Part shown: positions 1-13,794 of the stretch, piece after piece
How positions within the stretch are numbered: the stretch's first letter is position 1
How the letters are laid out: each line of letters begins with the position of its first letter
Assembly (NCBI RefSeq): GCF_009914755.1
Contig: NC_060932.1
Length of the DNA: 64,000 nt
From: the human T2T-CHM13v2.0 reference genome, Homo sapiens
Direction: 5' to 3' (one strand)
Notes under the pieces: generated by a model
Databases searched by the model: none
What the model was told of the DNA's origin: nothing
Seen by the model: the letters and a program-made list of their open reading frames with translations, nothing else
Program-made: the position numbers and the translations under genes

Positions 1-3000
1 TTTTAATATGAATTGATTTAAAGTACAAAAACTATGCGCACATATTACTTTGATAAAAAATTTTTAAAGAAATTTCTGTGAAAATCAATGAACCAAGTAC
101 ACCTGTGAGCCATTACTAATATGGTCACCCAAGCATCATCCAAGTGGCGTGGACAGAGTGGGGGGTCATATGTAATTTCTGCCTATCCCGACACCACCCT
201 CCCCCTACACCTTCCTTCCCAACTCCCCACTCCCACCTCTGCACGATGCCCATCCCACCCACTCTCGGGCTGCACCCGGAGGCTCAGCACCCCCTCAGTG
301 CTGGATCTGGCAGGACCACCCCTCCCCCGCCCTGCCTGTGGCTGCTGGAATCCCTGTCGCCCTGGGACTCAGCTGACAGCGGACGGACAATGGTATTTCC
401 CATCAGCCTGGATATCAGGAGCCGGCCTTATCCAGTGGTGTTTTTCTATTAGTCTAACACCCCATTGTCCACTCCTTATCACTAAAATGTTGATGTCATG
501 CCTGGCTTGGAAGTGGTTTCTGCTGCTCGGCCCTGGGACAGCTTCACTTTAATTGGGGGTGTGGGAGGAAGAGGGGTGGAGAAGCCCATTTATCAGAATT
601 CTCATGAGAATTCACCCCGTTCCTCCTTTCAGTCAGGGCCACGGAGGAGGCTTGGTGGGGAGGGTTCCTAGTTGCGATTCCTGGCCTTTCTCTCTTCCCT
701 AAGTAGGTGCACTGGGTCTCAGCCCCACTGGCCACCCTCAGGGCTGAAATATCGAGGTGGGTGCAAGGATGGGGGGACACTTTCATCCCACCATGCTTTG
801 GGCTGGGGATTTCGGGGACCTGCTTTATCCTTTTGGTAGATGGAGAGCTCTGGGTGGGTGGGACACGACTTTTCCTTCTCTGAATCTTCTGCAGCTCCTG
901 ACGGCCCCACCAGAGACCGCTCTTAGTAGGAGCTCCATAGATATGTGAGGGGCTAATGCGAATGGCAGCCAGCTGGAAGGTCCAGTCTGAGAACAGATAG
1001 AAAATGTGAGGCCCGTCTTCATCTCCATTCTCCTGAACCCCACCGAATTGCATCAGCTCTTAAGGGAAGTCTTAGAAATACACTCTGTGCCTTCCCCATG
1101 TGCCCTGTCCTTCTGTCCCTCTCTGATTCTGTTTGTTCATAGTGGAGGTTAGCGCACAGGGAGACAGCATGTATGTCTGATGCACATGCATGTGCGAATG
1201 TGTGTGTGTGTTAGAGGTGCAGGTGGTGTACAGCCCCCCAGGGAATCTGGTTAAGAGAGGATGCAGTTCACTCTGGAGTGGGGTAGGCTCGGCTGTGGTT
1301 TGCTCAGGCAAATTGCTTCACTTTTCCAAGACCCAGCTTCCTTGTCTGTTAAACAGGTACCACAAGGCAGCTTCCCAGGGGCTTGCAGTGAAGGCTGAAA
1401 TGAAACGATTGAGGTGCTTAGCATGCTGCCTGGCACATAGTAGGCATGCAGGAAATGGCAGTTATTACTGGTATAGCTTTCTGTGGGCTTTGACCAAAAG
1501 CCTAGTCTGGGAACTGGCAAGCACAGCAGAGTGCCATGCTCCTGGCACTCTTCCTTGGAGAGCTGGGACAGGGAGGCTGAGTTCCCCTCTGGCTGGGCCA
1601 GCCTGTGTGGAAAAAGCAAGCTTGCTGGGCCTCAAGTTCTTGCCTCAAGTTTAAAAAGCAAATAAGTGCATACCATAAGCATTTGGAGGCTGCGGTTTTC
1701 TATGGAGTCAGCATGTATAGACCATGAGTGTATTCTGGAGTGCTCCTGATGGAATGCAATTTGGGACACAGATGGCAAGCGCACAGACGGCAAATGCATC
1801 TTGAAGGTGCATGTTGCCTGTGCAAAGTGGCCACCCCACGGTAATCTAATTTAACACACACACAAACTCCGCGAGCAGGTTCTGTTCTCTGCAAGAGGGT
1901 GAGAGGCTCAAGACCAGTTCTACGACACATAGAATGTGGCCGTGCTCTCGAGCCAACCAGCTCCAGCCCCCTGCCCCATGTCTTACAGAGGAGCTGCTTA
2001 CACTGCTGTGGAAGCCGACCCTAGAGTAACGACCAGCACAGCCCCTGAGGGTCAGGGGCCACATGGGAATACATCTCATTTGGTTCTCACCAGACCCTGC
2101 GAAACACGTCAGGGAGGAATCATTATGTCTGAGCAGAGGAAGCTATAGGGGCTCACAGAGAGCTAGAATGCAAGCCTAGGCCTTCTGAGTCCAAATCCAG
2201 GACTTTTCCATGACTTCAAGTGACAGCAGATAAAGCACTTGACTTTGTCTCTGAAACACACATTCCTGGGAAGAAAAGAGGCCTAAAAAGGAGAGCAGGG
2301 TCTGTCTGCTTTGTCACCGTGTTTACTGTGTGATCTTCATTCCTCAGGGTCTTGCCAGGTTCTCGTGAGCACTACAGTCCTTGGGGATCTTGGCCCAGAG
2401 CCCAGGACTAAGGTGGCCAGAAGTCCAGGATAGGGGTATACTACCTTGCCCTGGTTCCAGATAGCATGAGACCCGTCTTCTCCTTCCTGATAGGACGCTT
2501 CTGGAAATTCCAAAGGTTAAAATCGGGAAACAAGAAGGAGGCAGGAATACTATGTGTGGCCTGGATAGGAAGATATAGTGCTTTTCAGGGGGCAGCTTTA
2601 AGCCATGTAAATTCTCTTACCCTAAGGGACTTGAAGGGTTTCCAAAGGTCTGTGGATGGGGTAAAATCCCACCAATGAGCCTTCCATCTGTCCTAACTTA
2701 AGGTGCAAATATTTCTGGCAGGCCAACACACAAATTCATGAACACTTCAGCATGAATGAGCAACTCACACGCACTCTTCTGAGAGTGCCGGGTGCAGACC
2801 AAAGATGCTGAGGGGAGAACACACAAGGCCCAAGAGGAAGTGGGTATAGAAACAGAAAACAGTTCTTGACAGTTTTCCAGATCTGTCACTTTTTTTTTTT
2901 TTGAAGGGTGGAATTTTCTCTCCTGTCAAGTTTATGCCTAGAACACGCGTTCCATCGGTTGGATCCCTGGGTTTAAGGCGGCATTTCCAGGGTGCCTCTT

Positions 3001-3959
3001 TGCTTAACTAAGCACTTACACTCCTTAAGCTTCAGTGATCTCAGTGTCTGATGTCCAGGGTGTTGGAGGGTCTGGCTGGGTTTCCTGGAAAATTCTTACA
3101 TACACTGAAGTGCCCTCTCCCTTCCCAGAACAAACAACTTTGCATTATCAGAGCCCCTTGGCTTTACAAAACCCACGTTAGCATACAATGCCCAGCTCCT
3201 CTTTTTAATTGTTCCCTTTCTCGTTTCTCCCTCCCTTCTATCCTGTCTTTCACATTTCTATCCTTTCTCCGTTGGGATTTGCAATTTTGTTTGTGAAATA
3301 ATGACTCACTCCAGTAATCAATGACCTGGACCTAGAGGTCACTGATGTATTCTTCCTTGACTATTCACCTAAATCAGCACCTCCTTCTCAGTTTGTATCT
3401 TTCACCAAACCCTTACTAGCATTTGCTATGCTGTGTGATGATTTGTTCATTTCTTGTATCTACCCCCAGATCTAAGCCCCATGGGCAGGGACTGTCACTC
3501 TTGTTCCCACCGTATTTCGTGTCTTGGCGTGGTGGCCAGCACACAGATGTGTTTAGCAAACACAGGGTGAATGAATAAATACGAGGATAAAGACCAGTGT
3601 GCTCTGCACAGACTAGTGATTGCAGGGAAGATGGACTGCCCTGAGTTTTCCAGGCAGACTTTGACGATGAGAAGTGACAGCGTTTGAATCCAAGTGAGGA
3701 GGCCACCCTGGACTCACATCTCAGCTTCGGAGATCGGGAGCCAGAGAGATGTTGGAGACTTTTAAGAGAAGAGCAGGAGCGGAGGGCTCAGGAAGAAAAA
3801 CCACCTGGGGGGGCCGGACACGGGGAAGGGGAGGGGAGTCGCTCCCGGGTTCTTCCCTGGCTTCATTCGCTGCTTCTGTCTCTGCAGCCCCAGTTAGCGC
3901 CTGCCAGGCTCTGTGAGGGAGCGGTGCATGAGCGTGCCATCCTCCTCGGTGACCAGGTT

Positions 3960-5150
3960 AGAACCCAGGCATGCCGTGTCTGGGCCCTGGGCAGGTAGGC
4001 AACACCAGGCAACGTCTCAGGAGGGAAGGTGGTGAGCGGAACGGCATGCAGCCAGCCGGAGAACCTCACAATGAACCACTCTTCACGCTGGAGCCGTGGG
4101 CTTCCCAATTCTCCTCCCATAGCAGAGCCGAAGGAGGCCCTGGTCCCCAGGAGGCGGCTGCCCAAGCCTGAGGCTGCCGCCTCAGTCAAAGGGGCTGGAG
4201 CTGAGACCCCCAGGCTGTCCTGGGGTGTCAGTGAGGAGCCCAGCCTCCGCCTGAAGCCGCTTTCAGGGAAGGGAAGGAAACAGTCACTTGGTGGAGCTCC
4301 TGGTGCCCCAGCCATTCACCCTGCAGCACCTCTGTTCACACCACAAACACCCACGGAGGAAGCCGAGTTCTTTCAACCCACCCGCCATAGCCCCGTTTTT
4401 CCGCGGAGGAAGGGACACTGGAGCTGGTTGGGAACTTGCTGGAGAAAGTGGGACGTGCCAGGCTGCTTTCAGGCCCAGCCTCCCAGCCTGGTTCCAGACA
4501 CGAGGCCCTGGCCCGGACCCTGGGCGGCTGCTCCGGGCCCGCGGTTCTCCCCTCGCCTAGCACTTCCTCTGCGCTTCCTCAGCGTCTTCCTCGTCCCTCC
4601 GGCTCCCCTCCCTGGCTCCGGGGGTCTGCCGCTGCAGCCGGCCTCCCCTCTATCTTGTCTCCCCGTTTCCACGGCTATCAGTCATTATCTGGTGCGATCC
4701 ACCCTGGCCGGGGCACAGGAAGCCGGCCTGCGACGCTCCTCTTTATTCTCCATTCTTTTCCTTCTCCAGAGACAAAAGCAAAAACAGCCTGTTAACAGAT
4801 CCGCCATTTCCCTTGGCTCCTTGACTCCCATTTCCCACTCTCATTTTTTTTCACAGGCTCCAGTGTTCCATGGTCAGGTCCTCTGGAGCCGCTGCCGCCC
4901 GGGCCTGAGGGCCCAGGCCTGTGACTTCCTCCTGGCCTGTCTGTCTGCCCGGGAGCCGGCACCGGCACCCACAGGCCCAAGGCTGTCTCCCTGGCCAAGC
5001 CGAAGCCGCCGGCTCCCTCTTATCCTCTGCGAGATCAGCCCAGCCAGTTGGAAGGGGCCGGCCAGCCGTCTGGCTGTCTGAGCCGGGACCGGTTGGCGGG
5101 TGCTCTGGCCTTCCTCATTAGCGGGGTCTCCACTGCCCTTCCTCTCGCAG
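3960..5150. promoter_or_regulatory. Intergenic CpG-rich element with GATA and ETS motifs (candidate enhancer)
   Basis: CpG-rich. GATA sites at 4675-4680 and 4685-4690; ETS cores at 4562-4568, 4716-4722 and 4924-4930. Confidence 0.5.
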
Positions 5151-6179
5151 GCTAGGCTGTGGCTCCTATTATAGCTACTGGAGGGTTTTTTAGTCAAAGA
5201 GCACCATGCATCCATTTATTATTTTACCATTCACTCAGACGTTCCCTGAGCACTTCCTATGCTGCTGCTGGAGCCCAGGGATCAGCCAACTATGACCTCT
5301 GGCCCCAAACGGCAGATCCTCTGTGGAGAGTGAGGAGGTTGCTGGGCTGAATCAAAGTGCTCTCACGCACGGTGGAAGTTGCTACGTGCAAAGAGATGCG
5401 GGCAACCAAGTGCTCTGAGGTGCAGAGGAGGCAGAGGCCATGCCAACAAGGAGAGCTTACGGCTCTCAGCCCTTCTCCGTGCCAGGCGCTGGGCTGAGCA
5501 CTTCACATTGCTGTCTCATTGAATCCTGGAGGTAATCCATGGGGTAGGTACGATGATCATTAGCCCCTATTTCCAGATGAAGAGACTGAAGCTTAGAGTT
5601 AAGTGATCCACAGTGAGTACAATGCCTGGATTCATAGCCAGAGGCCCATGTGCTTTGAAGCCCCAGTTCATCATGTTGCCCTCCTACCATCTCTACCCAC
5701 TCCCCCAGCCCCTTGGGGCTGCAGAGCACGCTGGACAGAGCTGGGGAGGGGGGTGGTGGGCGGGTCTCTGGCTCAAGCTACTTCGTCATATTGCATCTCA
5801 GTTTTCCTGTCTCCTAAGCTTGTTGTGGGTTTTAAAGGAACAAAGCCTCTAGTGTGCTCAGCACAGTGACTGGCACAGAATACATGCTCCATAAACGTTA
5901 GCCATGTTTATTTTTGTAGTGATTGTCACTACTACAGGAAGGTTATCGGGGAGGTGCTTTGCAGAAGAGTGGCGTAGGAGGCTGATGCACCTCTTGCGTC
6001 AATTTTCGCTTTCCTCGTGCATGCACCCTCTCGGGCTGAAGCCGTGCACATCCCAGAGTGTCCTCTGCCATTTCTGTCTCAGGGTCAGCCCGAGTTCTCC
6101 CCAGTGCTCACAATCTGTTCATTTCAAGATCATCTGGGCCCTTGAGAAGTCTGAGTCCCTTCTTTTGTGAATCCAGCTT

Positions 6180-6760
6180 TATTTTTTAAAATTAAAATTG
6201 TAATAAAATATACAGAACCTAGCTACAAGTTACCATTGTAACTATTTTTTAAGGATTCAGTTGAGTGGCATTAAGAATATCTACACTGTTATGCAACCAT
6301 CACCACCATCCATCTCCAGAATTTTTTGCAATATCCTCGACTAAAACTCTACTTCCATAAAACACGGAGTCCCATTTCTCCTCCCCCGCAGCCCCTGGCA
6401 ACCCCCATTCTACTTCGCATCTCTATGTATTTGACTCCTCTGGGTGCCCCCATATAAACAGAATCATACAATGTTTGTCTCTCTGTGACTGGCTTATTTC
6501 ACTTAGCATGATGTCCTCAAGGTTCACCCATGTGTCAGAATTTCCTTGTTTTTGAGGCTGAATAATAATCCATTTGATGGATGGACCACATTTTATTTAT
6601 CCATTCATCTGTCGATGGCCACCTGGGTTGCTTACACATTTTGGCTATTGAGAATAATGCATATATATATATATACATACCCAAATGTACCCAATATATC
6701 TACTTCAACGTCCACAACTATAATTGGTGGATCAAATGGCAATAATATGTTTAATTTTTT
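6180..6760 (-). mobile_element. Old L1M (L1MB-like) 3' end; continues at about 8808-8980 after a nested L1
   Basis: Reverse complement of L1M 3'UTR motifs (gcaaccatcaccaccatccatctccagaa; ggcttatttcacttagcatgatgtcctcaagg). Confidence 0.8.
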
Positions 6761-8807
6761 TAATTTTTCTTTTTCCATTGGTACATAATATTTGTACATA
6801 TTTATGGGGTACATGTGATATTTTGTTACATGCATGGAAGGTGAAACGATCAAGTCAGGGTATTTAGGATATCCATCACCTTCAGTATTTATCATTTCTA
6901 TGTGTTAGGAACATTTCAAGTCCTCTCTTTTAGCTGTTTTGGAATATACAATACATTGCTTTAACTATAGTTATGCTACTCTGCTATCAACATTAGATCT
7001 TCTTTCTTGTATCTAACTGAATGTTTGTACCCATTAACCAGCCTCTCTTTATCACTCCCTTCCAACACACCCTTCCCAGCCTCTCTACATCCATGAGGTC
7101 AACATTTTTATCTCCCATGTATGAGTGAGATCCTGCAATATTTGTCTTTCTCTGCCTGGCTTATCTCACTTAATATAGTGACCCCCAGCTCCATTCATGT
7201 TGCTGCAAATGACAGGATTTCATTCTTTTAATGATCATGTAATATTCATATATATTTATGTATATATATAACATTTTCTTCATCCATTCATCTGTTGGTG
7301 GACACTTAGGTTGACTCCATATGTTTGCTATTCTGACGAGTGCTACAATAAACAGAGGAGTGCAGGTCTTTTATACTAGTGCTAATTTCCTTTCATTTGA
7401 ATAAAAACCCAGTAGAGGCACTGCTGTATCATATGGTAGTTCTATTTTTAGTTTTTTGAAAACTCTCCATACCATTTTCCACAGGGGCTGTACTAATTTA
7501 CATTCCCACCAACAGTGTATAAGAGTTCCTTTTCTCCACGTCTTCTCCAGCATCTGCTTTTTTTGTCTTTTTAGTAATAGCCATTCTAACTGAGATGATA
7601 TTTCATTGTGGTTTTGATTGGCATTTCCCTGATGATTAGTGATGTTGAGTATTTTTTCACATACCTGTTTACCATTTGTTTGTCTTCTTTCGAGAAATGC
7701 CTATTCAAATCCTTCGGTCATTTTTAGTGGGATGATTTGATTTTTTTACCGTTGAGTTGTTTAAGTTCCTTATATATTTTGGATATTAGTCCCTTACTGA
7801 ATGAAGAGTTTGCAAATATTTTCTCCTATTCAACAAGTTTTCTCTTTACTCTGTTGATTGTTTCCTTTGCTGTGCGGAAGCTTTTTAGTTTAATATAGTC
7901 TCATTTGTCTACTTTGGTCTTTGTTGCCTATGCTTTTGAGGTCTTAGTCAGAAAATCTTTGCTTAGACCAATATCCTGAAGTGTTTCCTCTATGCTTTTT
8001 TTCTACTTTTATAGTTTTGGGTCTTACTTTTAAATCTTTAATTCATCTTCAGTTGCTTTAAGATATAGGGCTCCAGTTTCATTCTTCCATGTGTGGATGT
8101 CCCGTTTTCCCAGTATCATTTATTGGAGAGAGGGTCCTTTCCCCAACATATGTTCTTGGTGCTTTAGTCAAAAATCAGTCGGCTATAAATAAGTCGATTT
8201 ATTTCTGGGTTCTGTATTATATTCCATTGGTCTATGTGTTTGTTTTTACATCAATACCATGCTGTTTTGATTACTATATCCTTGTAATGTATTTTGAGGT
8301 CAGATGGTGTGATGCCTCTAGCTTTGTTCTTTTTCCTTAGGACTGCCTTGGTTATTTCCACTCTTTTTTGGTGCCATATGAATTTTAGGATATCTTTTCC
8401 ATTACTGTGAAAAATGATGTTGGTATTTTGATAGGAATTGCACTGAATCTGTAGATTGCTTTGGGTAGTTTGGTAATTGTAACAATCTTAATTCTTCTGA
8501 TCCATGAGCATGGGATGTCTTTCCATTTGCTTGTGTCCTCTTTGATTTCTTTCACCAGTGTTTTGTAGTTTTCCTTGTAGAGGCCTTTCACTTCTGTGGT
8601 TAAGTTTATTCCTAGCCTTTTCTTTTTGGTAGCTATTGTAAACGGAATTGCCTTCTTGATTTCTTTTTCAGATTGTTTGCTGTTGGCATATAAAAATGCT
8701 ACTGATTTTTGTGTGTTGATTTTATATCCTGCAATTTTACTGAATTTATTTATCACCTCTAACAGGTTTTTCGTAGAGTCTTTAAGTTTTTCTAGTTATA
8801 AGATCTG
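6761..8807 (-). mobile_element. 5'-truncated L1 (L1MA-like) with ORF2 remnants, nested in an older L1
   Basis: ORF2-like translations at 8385-8756 ([22 protein letters not shown]) and 7371-7553 ([14 protein letters not shown]). 13-bp TSD tgtttaatttttt at 6748-6760 and 8808-8820. Confidence 0.9.
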
Positions 8808-11384
8808 TGTTTAATTTTTTGATGAACTATTTCATAGCAGTTTTTTGTTTCACAGTAGTTGTATCATTTCACAGTCCTACCAACAGTGCACAAGGTTCCA
8901 GTTTCTCCACATCCTTGTCGACACTTGTTATTTTCTGTTTTCCTTGATAACAACTATCCAAATGTGTGTGAAATGGGATCCAGCTGCACTTTGCTACTGA
9001 AGAAAGTCTCACAGCCTCCGAAAACCATTTATTCTTTATGGGGCACAAATCTGATTGTTAGAAAGTTCTTATACTGAGTTGAAATCCCCGTGTATCCTTT
9101 ATTTACAATCCTGGCCTGGCCCTGGGAATCAGCCCATCTAAGTCTGTTTCCTCTTCCTCGGGATGTCCCTTCAGCAGACTGGAGCATCCACTGCCCACGC
9201 AGTCAGTGTACAGACCCTGCTTGCTGGTCCCCCTGAGTGCCTGCTGGCCCCACCCCCACCCTGCAAGACACTGGCCATGGGGTCTGGCACATCCATGCTG
9301 ACTGCCTGCAAGGCAGCTCCTGCCACTGAGTGGGCACAGACACCAACAAGACAGGGGGGTACCACTCCTTTTCTCAGAGAGGGTGAGTTATTGGAGGGAA
9401 ACTCTGGCTCTCTGAGGAGTTAAATCATCCCTTGACTCAGACAAGAGCCCTTTGCTCCATGGTAGAGCATTACTCATCCCGGCACCCCCGGGACCAGGCT
9501 CTGTGTCAGGGGAAAGCATGGCTCCCATTATTCTCGCTCAGAAACTCATAAATCATCCTTATTAGAATTTCAGCTCTTCAAATAGACGTGAAACAGCTGG
9601 CCAAAGCTGGGTCTCTGGAGTGCTTCTGGGGAGCAGGAGCGGATGCCTCAGGGGATCAGGGGAGCTGGCTTTTAATCCTCAGATGCCAGGACAACTCTCC
9701 CAATGTTGGTCCACTTGAGGCAGAAGGACTGAAGGTCCAGTGTCCCCAGGACTCAAATGACCATGGAAGGGGAACTAGGAGAGTGCAAATGTGGCTGTGG
9801 CTGCCATGCTCTCTTTATGGTGGCTGCCTTGCCTCTGGATCAGCACTTGGCCACAGCTTGAGCTCAATATTTCATTAAGCAATGTTGTTGCAAACCTCTG
9901 CCCTGAAGTCATGTGGTTCTCTCCCTGTTCCTCACCTTCTTCATCTGTAAAAGGAAAGAATTAGACTGGACAGTCACTAGAGCTGCTTCCAGCTCTACTA
10001 TTCCATGACTTCCACTCTTGCAGAAGTGCAAAACTCCACGTGGATTGGCCACAGTTGAAATTCCAGCTGGTGCTGAGGTTCATTTGGCCATTTTAATTGG
10101 AGCAGTAGGGACCAATATTGACCACACCGGAATTTTTATAAACAGTAAAGATAGCACCAGATTTATAAACAATTTAAGCAATCAACCTGATATGTTTTAT
10201 TATAGAGGCACAGCCAGATTCACGGACAGATAAGAGCCTTTCTCTGACAGTGCGAGGGCACATGCTTAGTGTCTGGGTAGGAGGATGCTGAATTTCTGAC
10301 GGGAGATGGAGCTAGCCATCATGCTGACACCATTGCAGGGAGGTTGAAAACAATGCTGCCCCCAGCGTGTCTTATCCATGTGCAGGGTGGCTTAGCTGGT
10401 TTGGTTATGGATGAATATTTAAGACCCCCAGATTACGGTCTTACAGCTGCAGATTGACCTTACCACAAATTCTGGTTTGCTGGTCCCTAAGTGGGAGCTG
10501 TAGGCCCCCTAATTTCCTAAGGGACGATAATAGCACAAATCCACTTCAAACACTTGATCAATAGCGTCTACCAATGGGCCTGGGAATGTGAGATGATAGA
10601 AGGGAAAACTACAAAATTAGGAGCCAGAACGCTTGCATGCTCATTCTATCAGTATCCCTCACCAGCTAGGTGACTGGCAAACACAATGATAGACATGCTG
10701 TCCTTCTCTGCCCAGCACCTGCCATGAGGTCCTGGATCACTCATCACATCCCAAGCTTGGCCAGCCATTGGTGTAACAGCCACTGTCTCAGGGGGTGGAG
10801 TCAATGATTAGCCAACAGGACCATTAGTGCCCTTCCCTGGGATGAATGATATAGGTTCATTCATTGAACCTCATTCATTCAACCTCACTGTTGGCAGTGG
10901 GAAGTTCCTACTGGGGTAGCAAAACTGACAATAGGAGTCTAGAGCTGTCATTAATTTCTTTCTCCTCTGTATGGAGAAAGCTTGCCAGCCATAGAAGGCA
11001 ATAAGGTCAACAGCCAAAGGGAGTGAGAGCCAGGAGATGATGAGACAGAACAAGCTCTGGAAACCTCCTTTGAGTCCCAGTATCACCCAAGGTCCCAAAT
11101 ATTTCACTGTTACTTATCCTGGTCTGAGTTGGGGTGTGTCCCTTGAAACTAAAGGAGATGTGATGCAAAAGCCCACTTTGCTACTAAGGCCTCGTAAAAA
11201 TATAGGCAGTGATATAGGTGAGTGCTGAGCTCTTCCAGCTCTGGGATTCGATGTTACCTATGAGAAGTGAGAAGTCATTGTTTAGCTCACTTAAAACACT
11301 TCCAATGAAACCCAAAAGCCAGGCTTTTTATTCCCTTTAAAATCTTGATATTGAGTTCGATGGGAGGAAGGGTTGGGAGTTCAC

Positions 11385-11600
11385 AGTCGTTGAGTGCTTG
11401 CTATGTGTGAGGAGCTGTAGACATGTTTTCTCATTTACTATTCACCATGGCTCTTTGAGGTAGGTGTCAGCTCTCCATTTGGCAGATGAGAAAACTGAGG
11501 CTCCGTGAGGTTTTGCAACTTGCCTAAGGCCCTAGAGTTAGTGAGCACCGGAGAGTTTTTGAATCCAGATCTGTCTGATTCCAGCACACTGTCTCCTCTT
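11385..11600 (-). mobile_element. MIR SINE
   Basis: MIR core cagatgagaaaactgaggctc...caacttgcctaagg. Confidence 0.75.
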
Positions 11601-12896
11601 CCTTATAGGGGATCAGGTTTTTAGCCACAAACGATCCACTCAGCATTGTTATGTTGGTAAGAGGTGGGTCTGCTGAGGAGTGCTCTGGGCTGATTCTTCT
11701 AAGTAGCTTATGCTGTTTGACTAATCCTTACAATCATTGTGCAAGATGTTATCCGCACTTCACAAGTGGCAAGAGCAGAGGCTTAAAGAACCAAAATAAC
11801 GTGCTCCGCTATGAAATGGTTTCAAAGTCCATGCACACTCTGACACCCCTTGGTGTGCTGGCAGGGCCTGAAGATGCCTGGGATTCTTGATCAGCCCAAG
11901 ATTCCCCCACCCAAGCCATAGCCATGTCCAACCTCTGGAGGTGAGCCCCGAAAGCCTGGCCTGGGGTGGCGTTTGCACCGCTGGAGCTAGGAGACCTGGA
12001 AGACAGCTATAGCCCCACCTTTGGCCACTGCTCTTTCATGCCTCATGACGTTGACAATGGTCAGTCATGTAAGCATAACACCTTAAAAATGCCAAGAAAG
12101 GCAGTACTTTGGGAAATATGTCCGGAGAGTCGTAGCATTTCTGTCCCTCATGGCCGAAGGGTTAGAACCACCATGACTGCACAAGGTCCTTGAAATCTTA
12201 GAGTGTCCTACGAAAGGTGGCTCCAAATGTCACCCCTTGGGATCTGTGGGCTAAAAGCTCAGTCATCCAACGCCTCTTGGCAGAGCTTCCTGTGGAGCTA
12301 TCCAAGGTCCTGCAACTGCTTTGACCTGTGCTCTGAATCATCAATCGACTCCATTATTCTACCTTTGTCCTTGGCCTGCAGCCTTTCCTGACTTTAGTCC
12401 TCATCACACCTGGCCTGTCACATCACACTGTCCTCTTTCACTTACTTTCTAGGACCTGAGATCACTTGATGCAGTCCACGATGACCTTGAGTCTCACTCT
12501 TCAAGCTGGTCAAGGTTTACTCTTAGCTACCACTGTCCCTGCTGATAACAAGCTGACCCGATCCTCCAGCACTGCATGCTCCACCCTTACCTCCTCTCTC
12601 AGCCACCTGGCTTGGTGAGTGGTTGTTCCCTGGAATATGGTTGACTTTCAAGAGCCAACCAATTTATTGATCTTGTCCATTCTTCTTTCTTGGTTCCATG
12701 ACTAGCCATTTATGAAACGTTTCAAAATGAGCTTCGAGCAGGGAGATATTCCTTTTCAATTAGGCTCATGACCCGTGCAGGCCTGGCCTCCAACCCATCA
12801 TGTCACATCTACCACATGTGTCTTGATACAGCAAGCAGTCTCCTTAAAAACAGCCAGCTAGAAAATGAGCTTCCTTTGAAATGTGCCACCTGCTTG

Positions 12897-13200
12897 TTCT
12901 TTTCTTTTCTTTTCTTTTTCTTTTAAGACAGGGTCTCACTCTGCTGCCCAGGCTGGAGTGCAGTGGCACAGTTATAGCTCAGTGAAGACTTGAGCTCCCA
13001 AGCTCAAGCAATCCTCCCACCTCAGCCTCCTGAGTAGCTGGAACCACAGGTGCTTGCCACTATGCGTGGCTATTTTTAAAAAAATTTCTTGCAGAGATAG
13101 GATCTCACCACGTTGCTCAGGCTGGTTTTGAACTCCTGGGCTCAAGCAATTCTCCTGCTTTGGCCTCCTAAAGTGCTGGCATAAGCCACCACACCCAGCC
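12897..13200 (-). mobile_element. Alu (diverged, AluJ-like)
   Basis: T-rich tail then agacagggtctcactctg...cacacccagcc; degenerate TSD tgaaatg..ccacc. Confidence 0.9.
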
Positions 13201-13794
13201 TGAAATGCACCACCTTGCTTTCTGATGATAGCAAGGATTATGGTGTTCCAGTCTCAGCATTGCCCCTGACCAGCCATGTGACCTCAAGCAAGTCATCTAA
13301 GCCATGGATCCTTTTATACCGCAGTCATTTATTTACTCTCTCATAAATATTTACTGACCATGTTTCATGCATCAAGCTCTCTGCTAGTGCTGAGGATGCT
13401 ACAAGAAGACATAGTCTCTATCTCCAAATAACTCACAGTTTAATCCAGGAGTGCAATATGTATATGGTAAAAATAAAAGTAACATGGCAAATTATTACAA
13501 CAAGAACAAACTGTCAAGAATACACAAAAAATAGAACAATCAGTTCCCTCTGCCTGGAAGGCTTTCTCCCTCAGCCCTTGTGTGACTTGCTCTCCCACGT
13601 CTGCAGTTCTTTCGTCAAATGTCTTGTCACCAGAGAGGCTTTCCCTGAGCACCCTATTTGAAATCGCAAGCTCACCTCCATCCTGGAACCCCAAGTTGTT
13701 CTCTTCCTGCTTTATTTTCCTTCAAAGCATTTACCACCACCTGGCAAGGAGGGGTACTCTCATCTGTGAAGCAGAGGACTGTGCTAATGATTCC

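Noticed and set aside
596-613. Perfect 18-bp palindrome gaattctcatgagaattc
   Set aside because: Chance expectation in 64 kb is about 64000/4^9, roughly 0.24, so it is not significant alone.
4029-5081. 350-aa ORF on the + strand
   Set aside because: GTG start, Pro/Ser/Ala/Arg-rich with no domain. Long ORFs are expected in GC-rich sequence where stop codons are scarce.
8385-8756. Reverse-transcriptase-region ORF as an active gene
   Set aside because: Fragment of a 5'-truncated, disrupted L1 ORF2.
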